64,000 nt of DNA from a bacterium (GTDB taxonomy: Bacteria; CAYTYR01; UBA6262; DAOVJB01): positions 16,836 through 80,835 of the forward strand of contig JBDRDD010000032.1 of assembly GCA_043821115.1 (NCBI GenBank), read 5' to 3'. Under the pieces are notes generated by a model. The model was not told where the DNA came from, did not search any database, and saw nothing but the letters and a program-made list of their open reading frames with translations. The first letter of the stretch is position 1, and every line of letters begins with the position of its first letter. Position numbers and translations under genes: made by a program. Positions 35,263 to 45,895 of the stretch are shown here, one piece after another.

Positions 35263-36915
35263 ATGATAGAAATCCTGCTGGGGATTATTATTATATTCTC
35301 CGCGATAGCAAAAGCGAGTTTGGACTTATGGGCACTGAGTTTCGTGTATATAATAAGTCTTATCATGCTGATCGATTTAGTGGTTAAGTTCAACAGAGGA
35401 ACATACTCCTTCAATAGGACCTCCCTTGATATTCCAATTCTGATTTTTCTTTTTTTTGCTGTCATTTCAGTGTTTTTTTCAGTTAATAAATATCTCTCAA
35501 ATGCTGAGTTTTACAACATTATAATCTATATACTACTTTACTATGTTGTTATAACTTATGCCGTTACGATAAAGAAGAGACTTCTTTTAATTAACTTTAT
35601 AATTCTAGCGGGTTTTATAGTGTCATTGCCGGCTATATATCAGAATGCCGTGGGTATAAAAAATATTTATTCTACACTGGTTAACCCTAATATTCTGGCT
35701 GGATACATGGTGCCCGCTATTATTCTCTCCATTAGTCTCATAATTGAGAGTATTAATGGTATATCCCGCGGAAAAAATAAATCGCGTCTCTTATGGGCCT
35801 CTATATGCGTGTTGCTTATGCTGACAACTCTTATGTTGACAAGGTCTGTAGGCGGGGTTTTGAGCTTATATGTAGGGTTGTTGACCATGCTACTGATATA
35901 CTTAAAGTACAGAAGACCGGAGAAATGGGCTTCGAAATTATTGAATGCAGCAGCATTAGTTGTGGTCGTACTGGGATTTATTCTTATTTTATATAAATCA
36001 AGAGATCCTGAGGTATCAAACAGGTTTTTCTGGTGGCTTGGAGCTCTAAAAATTATAATAGAGAAACCCTTTACAGGGGTCGGCATAGGATGCTTTGGGG
36101 ATATTTACCTCAAATACAAAGCCGGAGGGCTTAATTCCCTATACGCTCATAATCACTTTTTACAGATGGCTGCCGAGATAGGCATAATGGGTATGGGAGC
36201 ATTTTTGTTAATAATTGTAGCAGCATTTAAGAGTTCTCTTAGATGGCTAAAAGAAGAGAGTATGTTTTTTGAAAAAATGGGATTGATTTCGGCAATGGTT
36301 GCGGTTCTGTCATTTAATTTAGTAGATTACAGTCTGTCTATTCCCGCTAACGCTTTTATTTTCTGGATAATTATGGGACTTATGGTAAGACCAGCACCTT
36401 TTTCTGTTAAGATAAACGGGAACCGTATGCGGCTCATGGCGAATTTTATTTTTGTTGTTTTCGTGTTGGTTGCGGGGGGCTTGGTAGCAAGGAATTTCCT
36501 GGCCAGCCAGAAACTCTCGCAAGGGCTGATATTATTGCGAGAGGGTGAGCAGGTCAAGTCAAAAAAGCTTTTACAAAGTTCGATGAGTCTTAATGAGAGC
36601 AATCCGGAAGTTTATATGGCCCTCTCAGATGTTTTTGTGTCTCAAGGCGAAATTGAAGCAGCAATAGAGCAGTTGCGGAAGGGGACATCTCTGGTGCCTC
36701 ATAATGCTTTTTTTCATTACCGTCTTGGTCTATTATATCAGAGGAAGGGGTTGCATCGTGAGGCTGTCTCAGAACTAAAAAAAGCCAGTTCCCTTCATTA
36801 TAACAATATTTTATACCATGTTACTCTTTCCAATGCATATAAAAGGCTGGGGGATATTAACTCCTCACGCGCCCAAGACAGAATTGTAGAATCTCTTCAA
36901 AGGGTAAGTAAATGA
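35263..36915 (+). CDS. Wzy_C (O-antigen ligase-like) polytopic membrane protein fused to C-terminal TPR repeats
   Basis: Multi-TM; ...FTGVGIGCFGDIYLKYKAGGLNSLYAHNHFLQMAAEIGIMG...; C-terminal TPR-like ...YRLGLLYQRKGLHREAVSELKKA... Confidence 0.8.
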   Translation: MIEILLGIIIIFSAIAKASLDLWALSFVYIISLIMLIDLVVKFNRGTYSFNRTSLDIPILIFLFFAVISVFFSVNKYLSNAEFYNIIIYILLYYVVITYAVTIKKRLLLINFIILAGFIVSLPAIYQNAVGIKNIYSTLVNPNILAGYMVPAIILSISLIIESINGISRGKNKSRLLWASICVLLMLTTLMLTRSVGGVLSLYVGLLTMLLIYLKYRRPEKWASKLLNAAALVVVVLGFILILYKSRDPEVSNRFFWWLGALKIIIEKPFTGVGIGCFGDIYLKYKAGGLNSLYAHNHFLQMAAEIGIMGMGAFLLIIVAAFKSSLRWLKEESMFFEKMGLISAMVAVLSFNLVDYSLSIPANAFIFWIIMGLMVRPAPFSVKINGNRMRLMANFIFVVFVLVAGGLVARNFLASQKLSQGLILLREGEQVKSKKLLQSSMSLNESNPEVYMALSDVFVSQGEIEAAIEQLRKGTSLVPHNAFFHYRLGLLYQRKGLHREAVSELKKASSLHYNNILYHVTLSNAYKRLGDINSSRAQDRIVESLQRVSK

Positions 36916-39059
36916 AAAGGCTGATAGCTCCTGCTGTAATGCTACTGCTTGTTCTTTCTGCTCTTTTTACGGGTGGGAAGAACATAGGCCCACCCACGTT
37001 TATCCAGATAGTGATTATTGTGATAGCTATTTTTTATCTTGTTAGTTTGAAAAAACGAAAAGACACTATTGTAGTTCTTGCCGAAACTGCTGTGAGGAAG
37101 ATGTTTTTACTTGATTATCTTATTTGTTCTTTTCTGGTCGTTTTGGCTTTTTCAGCGATACGATCTGTTTACCTGTATGCAAGCTTGAGGGAGATATTCA
37201 AGGGGGTAAGTTATATTATTCTCTATTATGTTGTCTATGATACTATCTCTTCAGACAAGATGAAGAATATGTTGATGCAGACTATAATAGCCACGGGTGT
37301 TCTCCTCTCTGTTATAATAATAGCCCAGTACATAAAAGGGGTGTCTGCAATTGCTACATTCCCTAATGCGAATCTTGCGGCAGGATATATTGTTATAGGC
37401 ATGTTGCTTGCACTGGTAAGCCTGGTAATTAAGGTGCGGCAAGCCGGGAATATTAAAGAAAGTTTTACCGGTATAGTAGTGTCATTGTCTGTTTGTGTTG
37501 TTCTGATCGGTGTTATGCTATGGGCGGTTCTTATTACCCGTTCTCGGGGAGCCATGCTTGGTTTTACTGTGGCATTACTTATTCTGAGCTGGCTACTGTT
37601 TAGGAAAAAAGGCGTCTTGTCGGTTATTGCGGCCATATTGGCAATGCTTTTAATAATTCCTAAAACTTACACTATTAGGTTGTTCAAGCTCATGTCATTG
37701 GATCCCTATGCTTTCAAGCGGCTTGCCATATGGAAGGGCGGATTAAAGGCTATGCTTGACAGGCCTCTGTTAGGATGGGGGCCTGGTGCTTCAGAAAGCA
37801 TATTCTACAGGTACAATTTTCCGGTTGAGGGACCTATTTCCAGGTTCGGCAAGGTGGCTCAGTTTGCCCATAATGAATTCATCCAGCTGGGCTTGGAAGC
37901 CGGAGTTATAGCGCTGGTTCTGATCATTGCTATTATAACAGTAGTTGTCGTAAGAGGCTTTAGGGAAGCATCCTGCGCGATAAAGGAAACTGAATCTAGT
38001 CCTCAGGAAAAACTGGGAATACTAGGTCCCACTGTAGGGCTGTTTGCGATTATAACTCACAGTCTTGTTGATTTTACCCTGCATTTGCCTGCTATATCCA
38101 TCTTGCTCGTCTTATTTGCGGCTATGATAATGAATAGGGAAAAAACTCAGCGGGTCTTTCGGGGCACGCCCTGGATTGGCCCCAAAAACGCTATTGTAGG
38201 TATTATTTTTTTGCTTGGTTTTTGTGTGCTTGTCGGGATGCCTTATATTGCCCATCTCTACGGCACTCACCAGGATTATGAAACTGCTGTGAAATTTAAC
38301 CCTCTCTACAGCCCGTATCATGCTGCCCTGGGGGACATATATGCACATAAGTTTTCTGATGCCAGAGATGAAAAATGGAAAAATATAGCCGTTGGTGAAT
38401 ACGAGAAAGCAATAAGTGCCAATTCTGAAAATCCCTATCATTACCAGCAATCAGCCGATTTTTATTATAATAAGCTAAGAGATATAAACAAATCTTTATC
38501 TCTTTATAAGGAAGCGATCAAGAGAGCTCCTTATGATGCTTCTCTATATTTCTATATGGCCTCTATCTATTTTAACGAGAAGAAATTTGATAAAGCAATA
38601 GAAATTTACAGAGAAGCATTAAATTTGGAGCCGAATTATCTAAATGCCCATTATTATCTTGGCAGATCCTACGAGGCCCTTGGTAAAGAAGAAAAGGCTC
38701 TAACCCAATATATAATTATTATCACAATATCAGAGATGGATCTGCTTGAGAAGGCTGGCTACACGCCCCTGGAATATGACAGGGAGCTACTATCTTTTGA
38801 TGTTTCGCATGTTTATAACAGGCTTGGATTGCTGTCCGCCAGTCATAAACAGACCGACAATGCCATTGATTACTACAAAAAAGCCCTTAAAATCAATCCC
38901 AGCTATGCCGAGGTCTACAGCAATCTGGCAGGGGCATACTATCAAAAGGGTCTTTACGCTCTTGCCGCAAATGAATGTAAAAAGGCACTCAAGATAGAGC
39001 CGAAAAACGAAATGTTTATGAAAAATCTTGAAAAAAGCATTGAAAAACTAGGAAAATGA
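36912..39059 (+). CDS. Wzy_C (O-antigen ligase-like)-TPR fusion protein, long form
   Basis: Multi-TM; ...LLGWGPGASESIFYRY...FAHNEFIQLGLEAGVIA...; ~280-aa C-terminal TPR array; ATGA overlap with the previous paralogue. Confidence 0.8.
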   Translation: MKRLIAPAVMLLLVLSALFTGGKNIGPPTFIQIVIIVIAIFYLVSLKKRKDTIVVLAETAVRKMFLLDYLICSFLVVLAFSAIRSVYLYASLREIFKGVSYIILYYVVYDTISSDKMKNMLMQTIIATGVLLSVIIIAQYIKGVSAIATFPNANLAAGYIVIGMLLALVSLVIKVRQAGNIKESFTGIVVSLSVCVVLIGVMLWAVLITRSRGAMLGFTVALLILSWLLFRKKGVLSVIAAILAMLLIIPKTYTIRLFKLMSLDPYAFKRLAIWKGGLKAMLDRPLLGWGPGASESIFYRYNFPVEGPISRFGKVAQFAHNEFIQLGLEAGVIALVLIIAIITVVVVRGFREASCAIKETESSPQEKLGILGPTVGLFAIITHSLVDFTLHLPAISILLVLFAAMIMNREKTQRVFRGTPWIGPKNAIVGIIFLLGFCVLVGMPYIAHLYGTHQDYETAVKFNPLYSPYHAALGDIYAHKFSDARDEKWKNIAVGEYEKAISANSENPYHYQQSADFYYNKLRDINKSLSLYKEAIKRAPYDASLYFYMASIYFNEKKFDKAIEIYREALNLEPNYLNAHYYLGRSYEALGKEEKALTQYIIIITISEMDLLEKAGYTPLEYDRELLSFDVSHVYNRLGLLSASHKQTDNAIDYYKKALKINPSYAEVYSNLAGAYYQKGLYALAANECKKALKIEPKNEMFMKNLEKSIEKLGK

Positions 39060-39144
39060 GAGCTTTTCTTAAAAGTATATTAAATTCTTTATTTATATAA
39101 AATTTCATGATATACTATAAGAATTAGAAGGAGAAAACACTTAC

Positions 39145-40296
39145 ATGAAGTTCAGGATATGTATGATTATAGCCCGTTTCCACCCATATATAGGTGGGAC
39201 GGAGTTGCAGGCTTTGAGGCTTTCTCAAGCGCTAATGGCCAAGGGGGCCAGTGTTTTCGTAGTCACTCAAAGATTGAAAAAATTGAAGAAATTTGAAGAA
39301 ATCAATGGATTAAAGATATACAGGCTCTTTACTTTTGGAAAGGGTATATTTGCGTCTTTTGTTTTTATGTTTTCATCATTTATATTCTTTCTTAAAAAAG
39401 CTAAAAAATATGATATTATTCATGCTCATTTGGCGTCCTCACATGCTATTACTGCAGTAATAGCGGCTAAGCTTTTTAATAAAAAAGTGGTCTTGAAACT
39501 AGGAGGAGCTGGACCAACAGGAGATATAGGGACCGGCACGGCATCCATTATTGGTAAATATAAATTAAAATTTATCAGAAATAGAGTTAATGCTTTTATC
39601 GTTCCAAGTTCAGAAATCAAGGACGAGTTGATTGCTAACCATTTTCCAGAAAGCAAGATATATCATATTGCTAACGGAGTGAACACAGATTTATTCAGTC
39701 CCGTCAATTTAGAAGAAAAACATATGTTACGCATGCAATTACGTTTGCCTGGTAAATATCTAGTGGTGTATGCGGGACGTATTGAACCGGGAAAGGGTGT
39801 GGGGATTCTACTTGAAAGCTGGGGATCTATTGTTCAACGATTTCCCGAGGCGCATTTATTAATATTAGGAGAAGGCAGCCTAAAGGATGGTTTAATAAGA
39901 GAGCTTAGTAATAAAAGTTATAAGCAGCAGGTCTATTTTTTAGATAATGTCCAAGCTGTAAGTAAGTATTTACAAGCCTCTGATATATTTGTCCTTCCTT
40001 CTTTGGCTGAAGGGCTATCGAATGCTCTCCTGGAGGCAATGTCTTGTGGTTTAGCAATAATTACAACTAAAATAGGTGGGATAGAAGATATTATAATAGA
40101 CAATGAAAATGGGATTTTGTTTGCTCCAGATGATATTGATTCATTGTCTCAGAAGATTCTTTTCCTATTTGATAATCCGGAAAGAGCAGCTAATTTAGGT
40201 ATAACAGCTCGTTTAACAGTAGAACGTAATTATTCGTTATCTGAAATAAGCCAGAGATATTTACAGCTTTATAATAGAATTTTATGTGAGAATTAG
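39145..40296 (+). CDS. Family 4 glycosyltransferase (paralogue 1 of 3)
   Basis: GT-B/GT4 C-terminal motif ...FVLPSLAEGLSNALLEAMSCGLAIITTKIGG... Confidence 0.85.
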   Translation: MKFRICMIIARFHPYIGGTELQALRLSQALMAKGASVFVVTQRLKKLKKFEEINGLKIYRLFTFGKGIFASFVFMFSSFIFFLKKAKKYDIIHAHLASSHAITAVIAAKLFNKKVVLKLGGAGPTGDIGTGTASIIGKYKLKFIRNRVNAFIVPSSEIKDELIANHFPESKIYHIANGVNTDLFSPVNLEEKHMLRMQLRLPGKYLVVYAGRIEPGKGVGILLESWGSIVQRFPEAHLLILGEGSLKDGLIRELSNKSYKQQVYFLDNVQAVSKYLQASDIFVLPSLAEGLSNALLEAMSCGLAIITTKIGGIEDIIIDNENGILFAPDDIDSLSQKILFLFDNPERAANLGITARLTVERNYSLSEISQRYLQLYNRILCEN

Positions 40297-40321
40297 ATTA
40301 AAAGGAAAGGACTAAATTTTT

Positions 40322-41470
40322 GTGAACTTGAATGTATGTATGGTAATTTCTTATTTTTATCCTTTTGTAGGAGGAGCAGAAGGACAGGCTCTGAAATTAG
40401 CCCAGGAATTGAAGAAAAAAGGAATAGATATCTTTATTGTCACTCGCAGGGTTCGCGGATTAAGCAAGTTTGAATCTTTCAAAGGGATTGATCTATATCG
40501 GCTTTGGGGTTTAGGTAAAGATAATCGTATTTCTTCCTTGTTTTTCTCTATAAATTTACTATTTTTTTTAATTAAAAAACGTAGTCAATATCAAATAATA
40601 CATTGTCATCTTCTTTCTACTTTGACGGTTATTTGTATATTAATAGGAAAGTTATTGAATAAGAAGGTGATTGCAAAATTAGGAGGTAGTGGTAGATACG
40701 GTGACCTTTGGGCGATAAAGAACAAAGCTCTTTTAGGTAGAGCAAAATTATGGGTTTTAATTAACTATATTGATTTATTTATATGCCCAAGTAGAGAGAT
40801 TAGACAAGAACTATTAAATACCGGAACATCCCAAGATAAAGTTATGATGATTCCTAATGGTGTAAGTATTAATAATTTTTTTCCTTTGGATTTATTTCTG
40901 AAACAAGAATTAAAACAAAAAATGGGGATGAAAGGTCAACTCATTATTTTCTCAGGGAGATTATCTCCAGAAAAAGATTTAGAGACATTATTATCTGTAT
41001 TTAAAGAAATTGTAAAAGATTATGAAATAGCACTCCTTATATTGGGAGCAGGTCCGTTAGAAAGTAAATATCAAGATTGGGTAGGCCAGAATCAACTTAA
41101 GGAAAAGGTTTATTTTTTAGGTAATATAGAGAAAGTCACTCCTTATTTGCAAATTAGCGATATTTTTGTTTTGCCCTCTTTGTCTGAAGGATTATCCAAT
41201 TCTCTTTTAGAAGCGATGGCTTGTGGTATTCCGGCAGTTGTGACTGATATAGGTGGAAATAGAGATATGATTCATGATGGTATCAATGGATTTTTATTTG
41301 TTCCCCAGAATAAGGCTAGACTTAAAGAGAAATTAGTATTTTTATTGGAGAATCCGACAGAGAAAGAAAGATTAAGAAAAGAGGCAAGAAAAACCATTGA
41401 AGAAAGATATACCTTAGAATTAGTAGCTAAGAGATATATAGATTGCTATAAGGCACTTTTAGGTGGTTAG
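40322..41470 (+). CDS. Family 4 glycosyltransferase (paralogue 2 of 3)
   Basis: ...FVLPSLSEGLSNSLLEAMACGIPAVVTDIGG...; N-terminus is collinear with 39145 and 46835. Confidence 0.85.
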   Translation: MNLNVCMVISYFYPFVGGAEGQALKLAQELKKKGIDIFIVTRRVRGLSKFESFKGIDLYRLWGLGKDNRISSLFFSINLLFFLIKKRSQYQIIHCHLLSTLTVICILIGKLLNKKVIAKLGGSGRYGDLWAIKNKALLGRAKLWVLINYIDLFICPSREIRQELLNTGTSQDKVMMIPNGVSINNFFPLDLFLKQELKQKMGMKGQLIIFSGRLSPEKDLETLLSVFKEIVKDYEIALLILGAGPLESKYQDWVGQNQLKEKVYFLGNIEKVTPYLQISDIFVLPSLSEGLSNSLLEAMACGIPAVVTDIGGNRDMIHDGINGFLFVPQNKARLKEKLVFLLENPTEKERLRKEARKTIEERYTLELVAKRYIDCYKALLGG

Positions 41471-41496
41471 TAGAAATAAAAATTAGGGGAAATTCT

Positions 41497-43050
41497 TTGA
41501 GCACAAATTTAAAAATTGCTAAAGCCTCTTTAATTCTAATAACAGCAAGTATTTTAGGCCATTTATTAAGTCTGGGAAAAGAAATAATCGTTGCTGCAAA
41601 GTTTGGGATTACCAGAGGAATGGATGCTTTTTATGCAGCTATTAGTGTGCCTAATCTAATTAATAGTGTTCTTCTGTCTGCTTTAGGGGCAGTTTTTATC
41701 CCAGTTTTTATTAGATATAAACTTAAAGACAAAGAGGAAGCTAATCGAGTTGCTTCTGTTGTTATGAATTATTTCTTTATCTTTTTTATTTCTGGAGCAG
41801 TAATTATTTTTATTCTTGCTCCCTGGATTATTAAATATGGATTTCACGGATTTGACTTGGAAACGAGTACTTTAGCTATTAATATATTACGTATTGCATC
41901 CTTTACACTTATCTTTTCTGGTTTAATCGGGATAATGACTGGTATCCTCAATGCTCACCATCATTTTACCTGGCCAGCGTTTTCTCAGATGTTTGTTACT
42001 CTAAGCACCATATTTTTTATTCTTCTTTTTATGAGACAATGGGGAATTTTTGTTCTCGTTTGGGGGTTACTTTTCGGTTTAATTATTCAATTTTTCTTTT
42101 TAATTCCAATTACTAAACAGAAAGAATATCACTATTATCCTGATTTCAACTGGAAACATCCAGCAGTAAAGGAAATGCTGAAGTTAGGTGGTGTCTACTT
42201 TGTGGCAATCGTGATGGCAGAGTGTAATCTCGTTGTGGATAAGGTGATGGCTTCTTACTTGGCGCCTGGTAGCATTGCTGCCTTAGGCTATGCTGGAAAG
42301 TTGGTTAATGTTCCATTAATAATTTTTTCCTCATCTATAGCCACAGCAGTTTTTCCATTTTTTTCTCAACAGGTTGCTGAAGGCAAAGTTGAAGAAATGA
42401 AAGATTCACTGAGTAAAAGTATAAGAATGTCTGGGTTTATTTTTATTCCTTTAACTGTAATGTTAATTATTCTTGCCAAACCGATAATCCAACTCTTATT
42501 TCAAAGGGGAGCGTTTACTTCCAAAGCTACAGATTTAACGTCATTAATTTTTATATGTTATTCTTTTCAATTTTTCTTTTATACAGTGGGAATAATTATG
42601 TCAAAAGTATTTCTCGCGCTTCAAGATATTAAAACGTTATTTAAGATAACAGTTATCGCGGTTATAATGAATATAATTCTGAACTTAGTTTTTATAAAAA
42701 TTATATCACCTCCAGCTGCTGGAATTGCTCTTTCAACCTCGTGTATATATTTTATAGCTATGTTTATGTACTATATTATCTTAAAAAGGAAAATAGCTGA
42801 TTTATGTGAGAGATATATACTAACTGGATTTGTTAAAATAGGAATAAGCTGTGTTTTTATGGGTTCAGTTGTTTTTTTAATGCTTAAAATTTATGGTAAG
42901 CTAGATACGTGTACTTTATTTATTTATCAGGTAGTACGCCTGGGAATTATCGGCTTATTGGGGGTGATTGTTTTTATTGGGTGTGCTGCCTTTTTTAGAA
43001 TTGAAGAGTTAAATAAATTGAAGGAAATTATTTATGATAGGATTAAATAA
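41497..43050 (+). CDS. MurJ/MviN-family (MOP superfamily) lipid-linked glycan flippase
   Basis: 517 aa, ~14 TM. The N-terminus ...ILGHLLSLGKEIIVAAKFGITRGMDAFYAAISVPNLI... resembles the MurJ signature. TTG start. Confidence 0.8.
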   Translation: MSTNLKIAKASLILITASILGHLLSLGKEIIVAAKFGITRGMDAFYAAISVPNLINSVLLSALGAVFIPVFIRYKLKDKEEANRVASVVMNYFFIFFISGAVIIFILAPWIIKYGFHGFDLETSTLAINILRIASFTLIFSGLIGIMTGILNAHHHFTWPAFSQMFVTLSTIFFILLFMRQWGIFVLVWGLLFGLIIQFFFLIPITKQKEYHYYPDFNWKHPAVKEMLKLGGVYFVAIVMAECNLVVDKVMASYLAPGSIAALGYAGKLVNVPLIIFSSSIATAVFPFFSQQVAEGKVEEMKDSLSKSIRMSGFIFIPLTVMLIILAKPIIQLLFQRGAFTSKATDLTSLIFICYSFQFFFYTVGIIMSKVFLALQDIKTLFKITVIAVIMNIILNLVFIKIISPPAAGIALSTSCIYFIAMFMYYIILKRKIADLCERYILTGFVKIGISCVFMGSVVFLMLKIYGKLDTCTLFIYQVVRLGIIGLLGVIVFIGCAAFFRIEELNKLKEIIYDRIK

Positions 43051-44281
43051 AATTAAATTTTTTAAGATATGTTCGATATTATTGGCCCTAATGGTAGTTT
43101 TTATTATAGGTGAGAGCATATTAAGAATAAGCATACTGTATAAAAGCTCAATCTTAAAGGGAACAAAGGATGTTTTTAATTTATATCAACATGATGAATT
43201 TTTAGGTTGGAAAGGAAAACCTAAAGTAAAAGAGTGGATGAATAATGGAATCCAGAATTACTTTGTTCAGCACAACTCGGAAGGTTTTAGAGATAGAAAT
43301 TACCAGATGACAAAGAAAATTCCACGAATTGTTATTTTAGGGGATTCTTTCACTTGGGGTTTTGGAGTTGAAGCACATCAAAGATTTAGTAATATTTTGG
43401 AGCGAGATTACTTTAATAACCGTGTTGAAGTAATAAATCTTGGGATTTGTGGATATGGTACAGATCAGGAATATCTTATGTTGAAAAATTATGGATTTAG
43501 CTATAATCCGGATTTGGTAATTTTGATGTTTCAGATTAGTAGTGATTTAATAGAAAATATGTCGTCTGTTCAATATAAGCAGAACAAGCCGTATTATATT
43601 TTTAAAAATGGCAACTTAACCTTAAAAAAGAATTCCCTTTCTAAACAGACTAATAACTCTTGTCAGGATATTACTGAAAGTTCTGCAAAGAATATTGTAG
43701 GATCAATAAAGAGTGTTTTGAGAGGAATGAAATTATATCTTTTAGTTGTTACGAAAATTAGACAAAACTGTCTTTGGCTCTCAGATGTGCTTATTAAAAT
43801 AGGTGTAATGGAACCTTACCCAATTCTTAAACCAGACAATGGATTATATATTTTCAACCAATATTATTCAACTGAATGGGAAGAGGGATGGAATGTTACA
43901 AAGGCTTTAATTAAGAAAATCAAATATGATGCATCCTTAAAAAAGATTAAATTTGTACTCGTTTTAATACCAGATAATTTACAGGTAGATGGGAGTGAGT
44001 TTAATGATTTTATTAAGACATATCGTAGTGAAAAAAGTCTAATTGATATAGATAAACCAAATACTATACTATCTCGTTTTGCCAAAAGAAATAATATTTA
44101 TGTTCTTGATCTACTTCCTGCTTTTAGATATGTAGCAAATGAAGGAGAAAAAACATATTTTCGTATTTATGATCGTCATTGGAATAATAATGGGCATGCT
44201 TTAGCAGCAAAATTTATCTATGATTATATTGTTGAGAAAGACGACATTTTTAACTCTATAAATAAAACGAGGGATGAATAA
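43034..44281 (+). CDS. Membrane-anchored SGNH/GDSL-type hydrolase
   Basis: N-terminal TM; block I ...VILGDSFTWGFG...; C-terminal ...YDRHWNNNGH... (DxxH). Confidence 0.65.
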   Translation: MIGLNKIKFFKICSILLALMVVFIIGESILRISILYKSSILKGTKDVFNLYQHDEFLGWKGKPKVKEWMNNGIQNYFVQHNSEGFRDRNYQMTKKIPRIVILGDSFTWGFGVEAHQRFSNILERDYFNNRVEVINLGICGYGTDQEYLMLKNYGFSYNPDLVILMFQISSDLIENMSSVQYKQNKPYYIFKNGNLTLKKNSLSKQTNNSCQDITESSAKNIVGSIKSVLRGMKLYLLVVTKIRQNCLWLSDVLIKIGVMEPYPILKPDNGLYIFNQYYSTEWEEGWNVTKALIKKIKYDASLKKIKFVLVLIPDNLQVDGSEFNDFIKTYRSEKSLIDIDKPNTILSRFAKRNNIYVLDLLPAFRYVANEGEKTYFRIYDRHWNNNGHALAAKFIYDYIVEKDDIFNSINKTRDE

Positions 44282-44283
44282 AA

Positions 44284-45222
44284 ATGAAAGAAAAATTGTT
44301 AAATTATTTGTGTTGTCCAAAATGTGAATCGGATCTCAAACTGAAAATTAAAGAAATAGAAAATGGAGAAATAAAAACAGGAGAGTTTGTTTGTTCGAAA
44401 TGTTCTAATAATTATAAAATCTTCAATTATGTTCCTCGTTTTGTCGAGACAGATAAGTATACAGGTAGTTATAGTTTAGAATGGAATTTACATAGGAGGA
44501 CACAACTTGATTCTGATTCAGGGACTACAGAGTCGCAAGGTACATTTATTACTAAAACGGGTTTTAATCTTAAAGATTTGAAAGGCAAAGTTGTTTTTGA
44601 AGCAGGCTGTGGCTCAGGTAGATTTTTGGAGATTGCTTCCAATAATGGTGCAGAAGTAATCGGTGTGGATCTTTCTTACGCTGTTGATGCGGCACAAAAA
44701 AACTTTGGACTATTAAAAAATGTGCATATTGTTCAGGCAGATATATTTAATTTGCCTTTTAAAAGAGAGACTTGTGATTATGTCTACTCTATAGGGGTTT
44801 TGATGGCGACACCAGATACAAAACAGGCATTTATGAAACTTCCGCCACTGCTGAAAAAGGGAGGGCAAATAGCGATTTGGGTTTATTCCAAGTGTCACCA
44901 CGAACATCTTCCTGATTTTCATTATAGAAAGATCACGACAAAACTTCCCAAGAAGCTTTTATATTTATTAAGCTACTTAGCTGTACCATTTTACTACTTA
45001 AAAAAAATTCCTGTTCTAAGGAGTTTTGTGTCGATATATATGCGTACATCTAATCATCCTAACTGGAGATGGAGAGTGTTAGAGACTTTTGACTGGTATT
45101 CTTCAGAGTATATATTTACTCATACTTGTTATGAGGTTATAAAGTGGTTTAAAGAGGCAGGGTTAAAGGAAATAGAACTTCTGGAATTTCCGGTTGCAGT
45201 CAGGGGTAAGAAAAATGACTAA
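44284..45222 (+). CDS. Zinc-ribbon (Trm112-like) + class I SAM methyltransferase
   Basis: CCPKC...CSKC N-terminal ribbon; SAM motif I ...FEAGCGSGRF...; paralogue of 45885..46829. Confidence 0.8.
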   Translation: MKEKLLNYLCCPKCESDLKLKIKEIENGEIKTGEFVCSKCSNNYKIFNYVPRFVETDKYTGSYSLEWNLHRRTQLDSDSGTTESQGTFITKTGFNLKDLKGKVVFEAGCGSGRFLEIASNNGAEVIGVDLSYAVDAAQKNFGLLKNVHIVQADIFNLPFKRETCDYVYSIGVLMATPDTKQAFMKLPPLLKKGGQIAIWVYSKCHHEHLPDFHYRKITTKLPKKLLYLLSYLAVPFYYLKKIPVLRSFVSIYMRTSNHPNWRWRVLETFDWYSSEYIFTHTCYEVIKWFKEAGLKEIELLEFPVAVRGKKND

Positions 45223-45895
45223 TAGATGGCTTGAGTTTTTAGAGAAAGAAACTGAAAAATACCACAACCTTTTGGAATATAGTGTTAATCACTGGAATTA
45301 TAACGACCCTCTTTATTTTAAAATCAAGGAACTGTTAAAACCACAAGCAAAGATTTTAGACATAGGTTGTGGTTTTGGACTCTCGGATATATATCTTCAG
45401 GAATGCGGATATAGTGTAATAGGTATCGATAACGATATTAATATTGTTGAACAAGCAAGAAGAAATGCCGAATATTTCAATTCGTCTGTTAAATTTGAGC
45501 AAGGAGACGCTTTTGATTTATCAAAATATTATGATTCTTTTGATTTGGTGTTTTCTGTAGGAGTTGCGGAACATTTTGATAGAGGTATTACAGTTAAATT
45601 GATAAAAGAACAAGCTAAATGTGCTAGTTATGTTATATGTGTTATCCCAACTAAATTTACAAAGTATTCAGGAGAAATTACAGACGAGAGAATTTATACT
45701 ATTTCTCAATTGTCTGGAATATTTAAAGAAGCAGAGTTAAAAGTTATTGGTCGATTTGGTTATGGTAATATTATTTCACCATTTCATAATGGAATACATC
45801 GGTTATTACCACATGGGTTATATCGAATTCTTCAGAATAATTTTTCATACGCTATGGGGATTGTTTGTATAGGAAGGAAAAAAAATGAAGGATAA
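45215..45895 (+). CDS. Class I SAM-dependent methyltransferase
   Basis: ...ILDIGCGFGLS... and ...VFSVGVAEHF.... ATG 45215 overlaps the upstream stop by 8 nt; the track start 45194 is further upstream. Confidence 0.8.
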   Translation: MTNRWLEFLEKETEKYHNLLEYSVNHWNYNDPLYFKIKELLKPQAKILDIGCGFGLSDIYLQECGYSVIGIDNDINIVEQARRNAEYFNSSVKFEQGDAFDLSKYYDSFDLVFSVGVAEHFDRGITVKLIKEQAKCASYVICVIPTKFTKYSGEITDERIYTISQLSGIFKEAELKVIGRFGYGNIISPFHNGIHRLLPHGLYRILQNNFSYAMGIVCIGRKKNEG

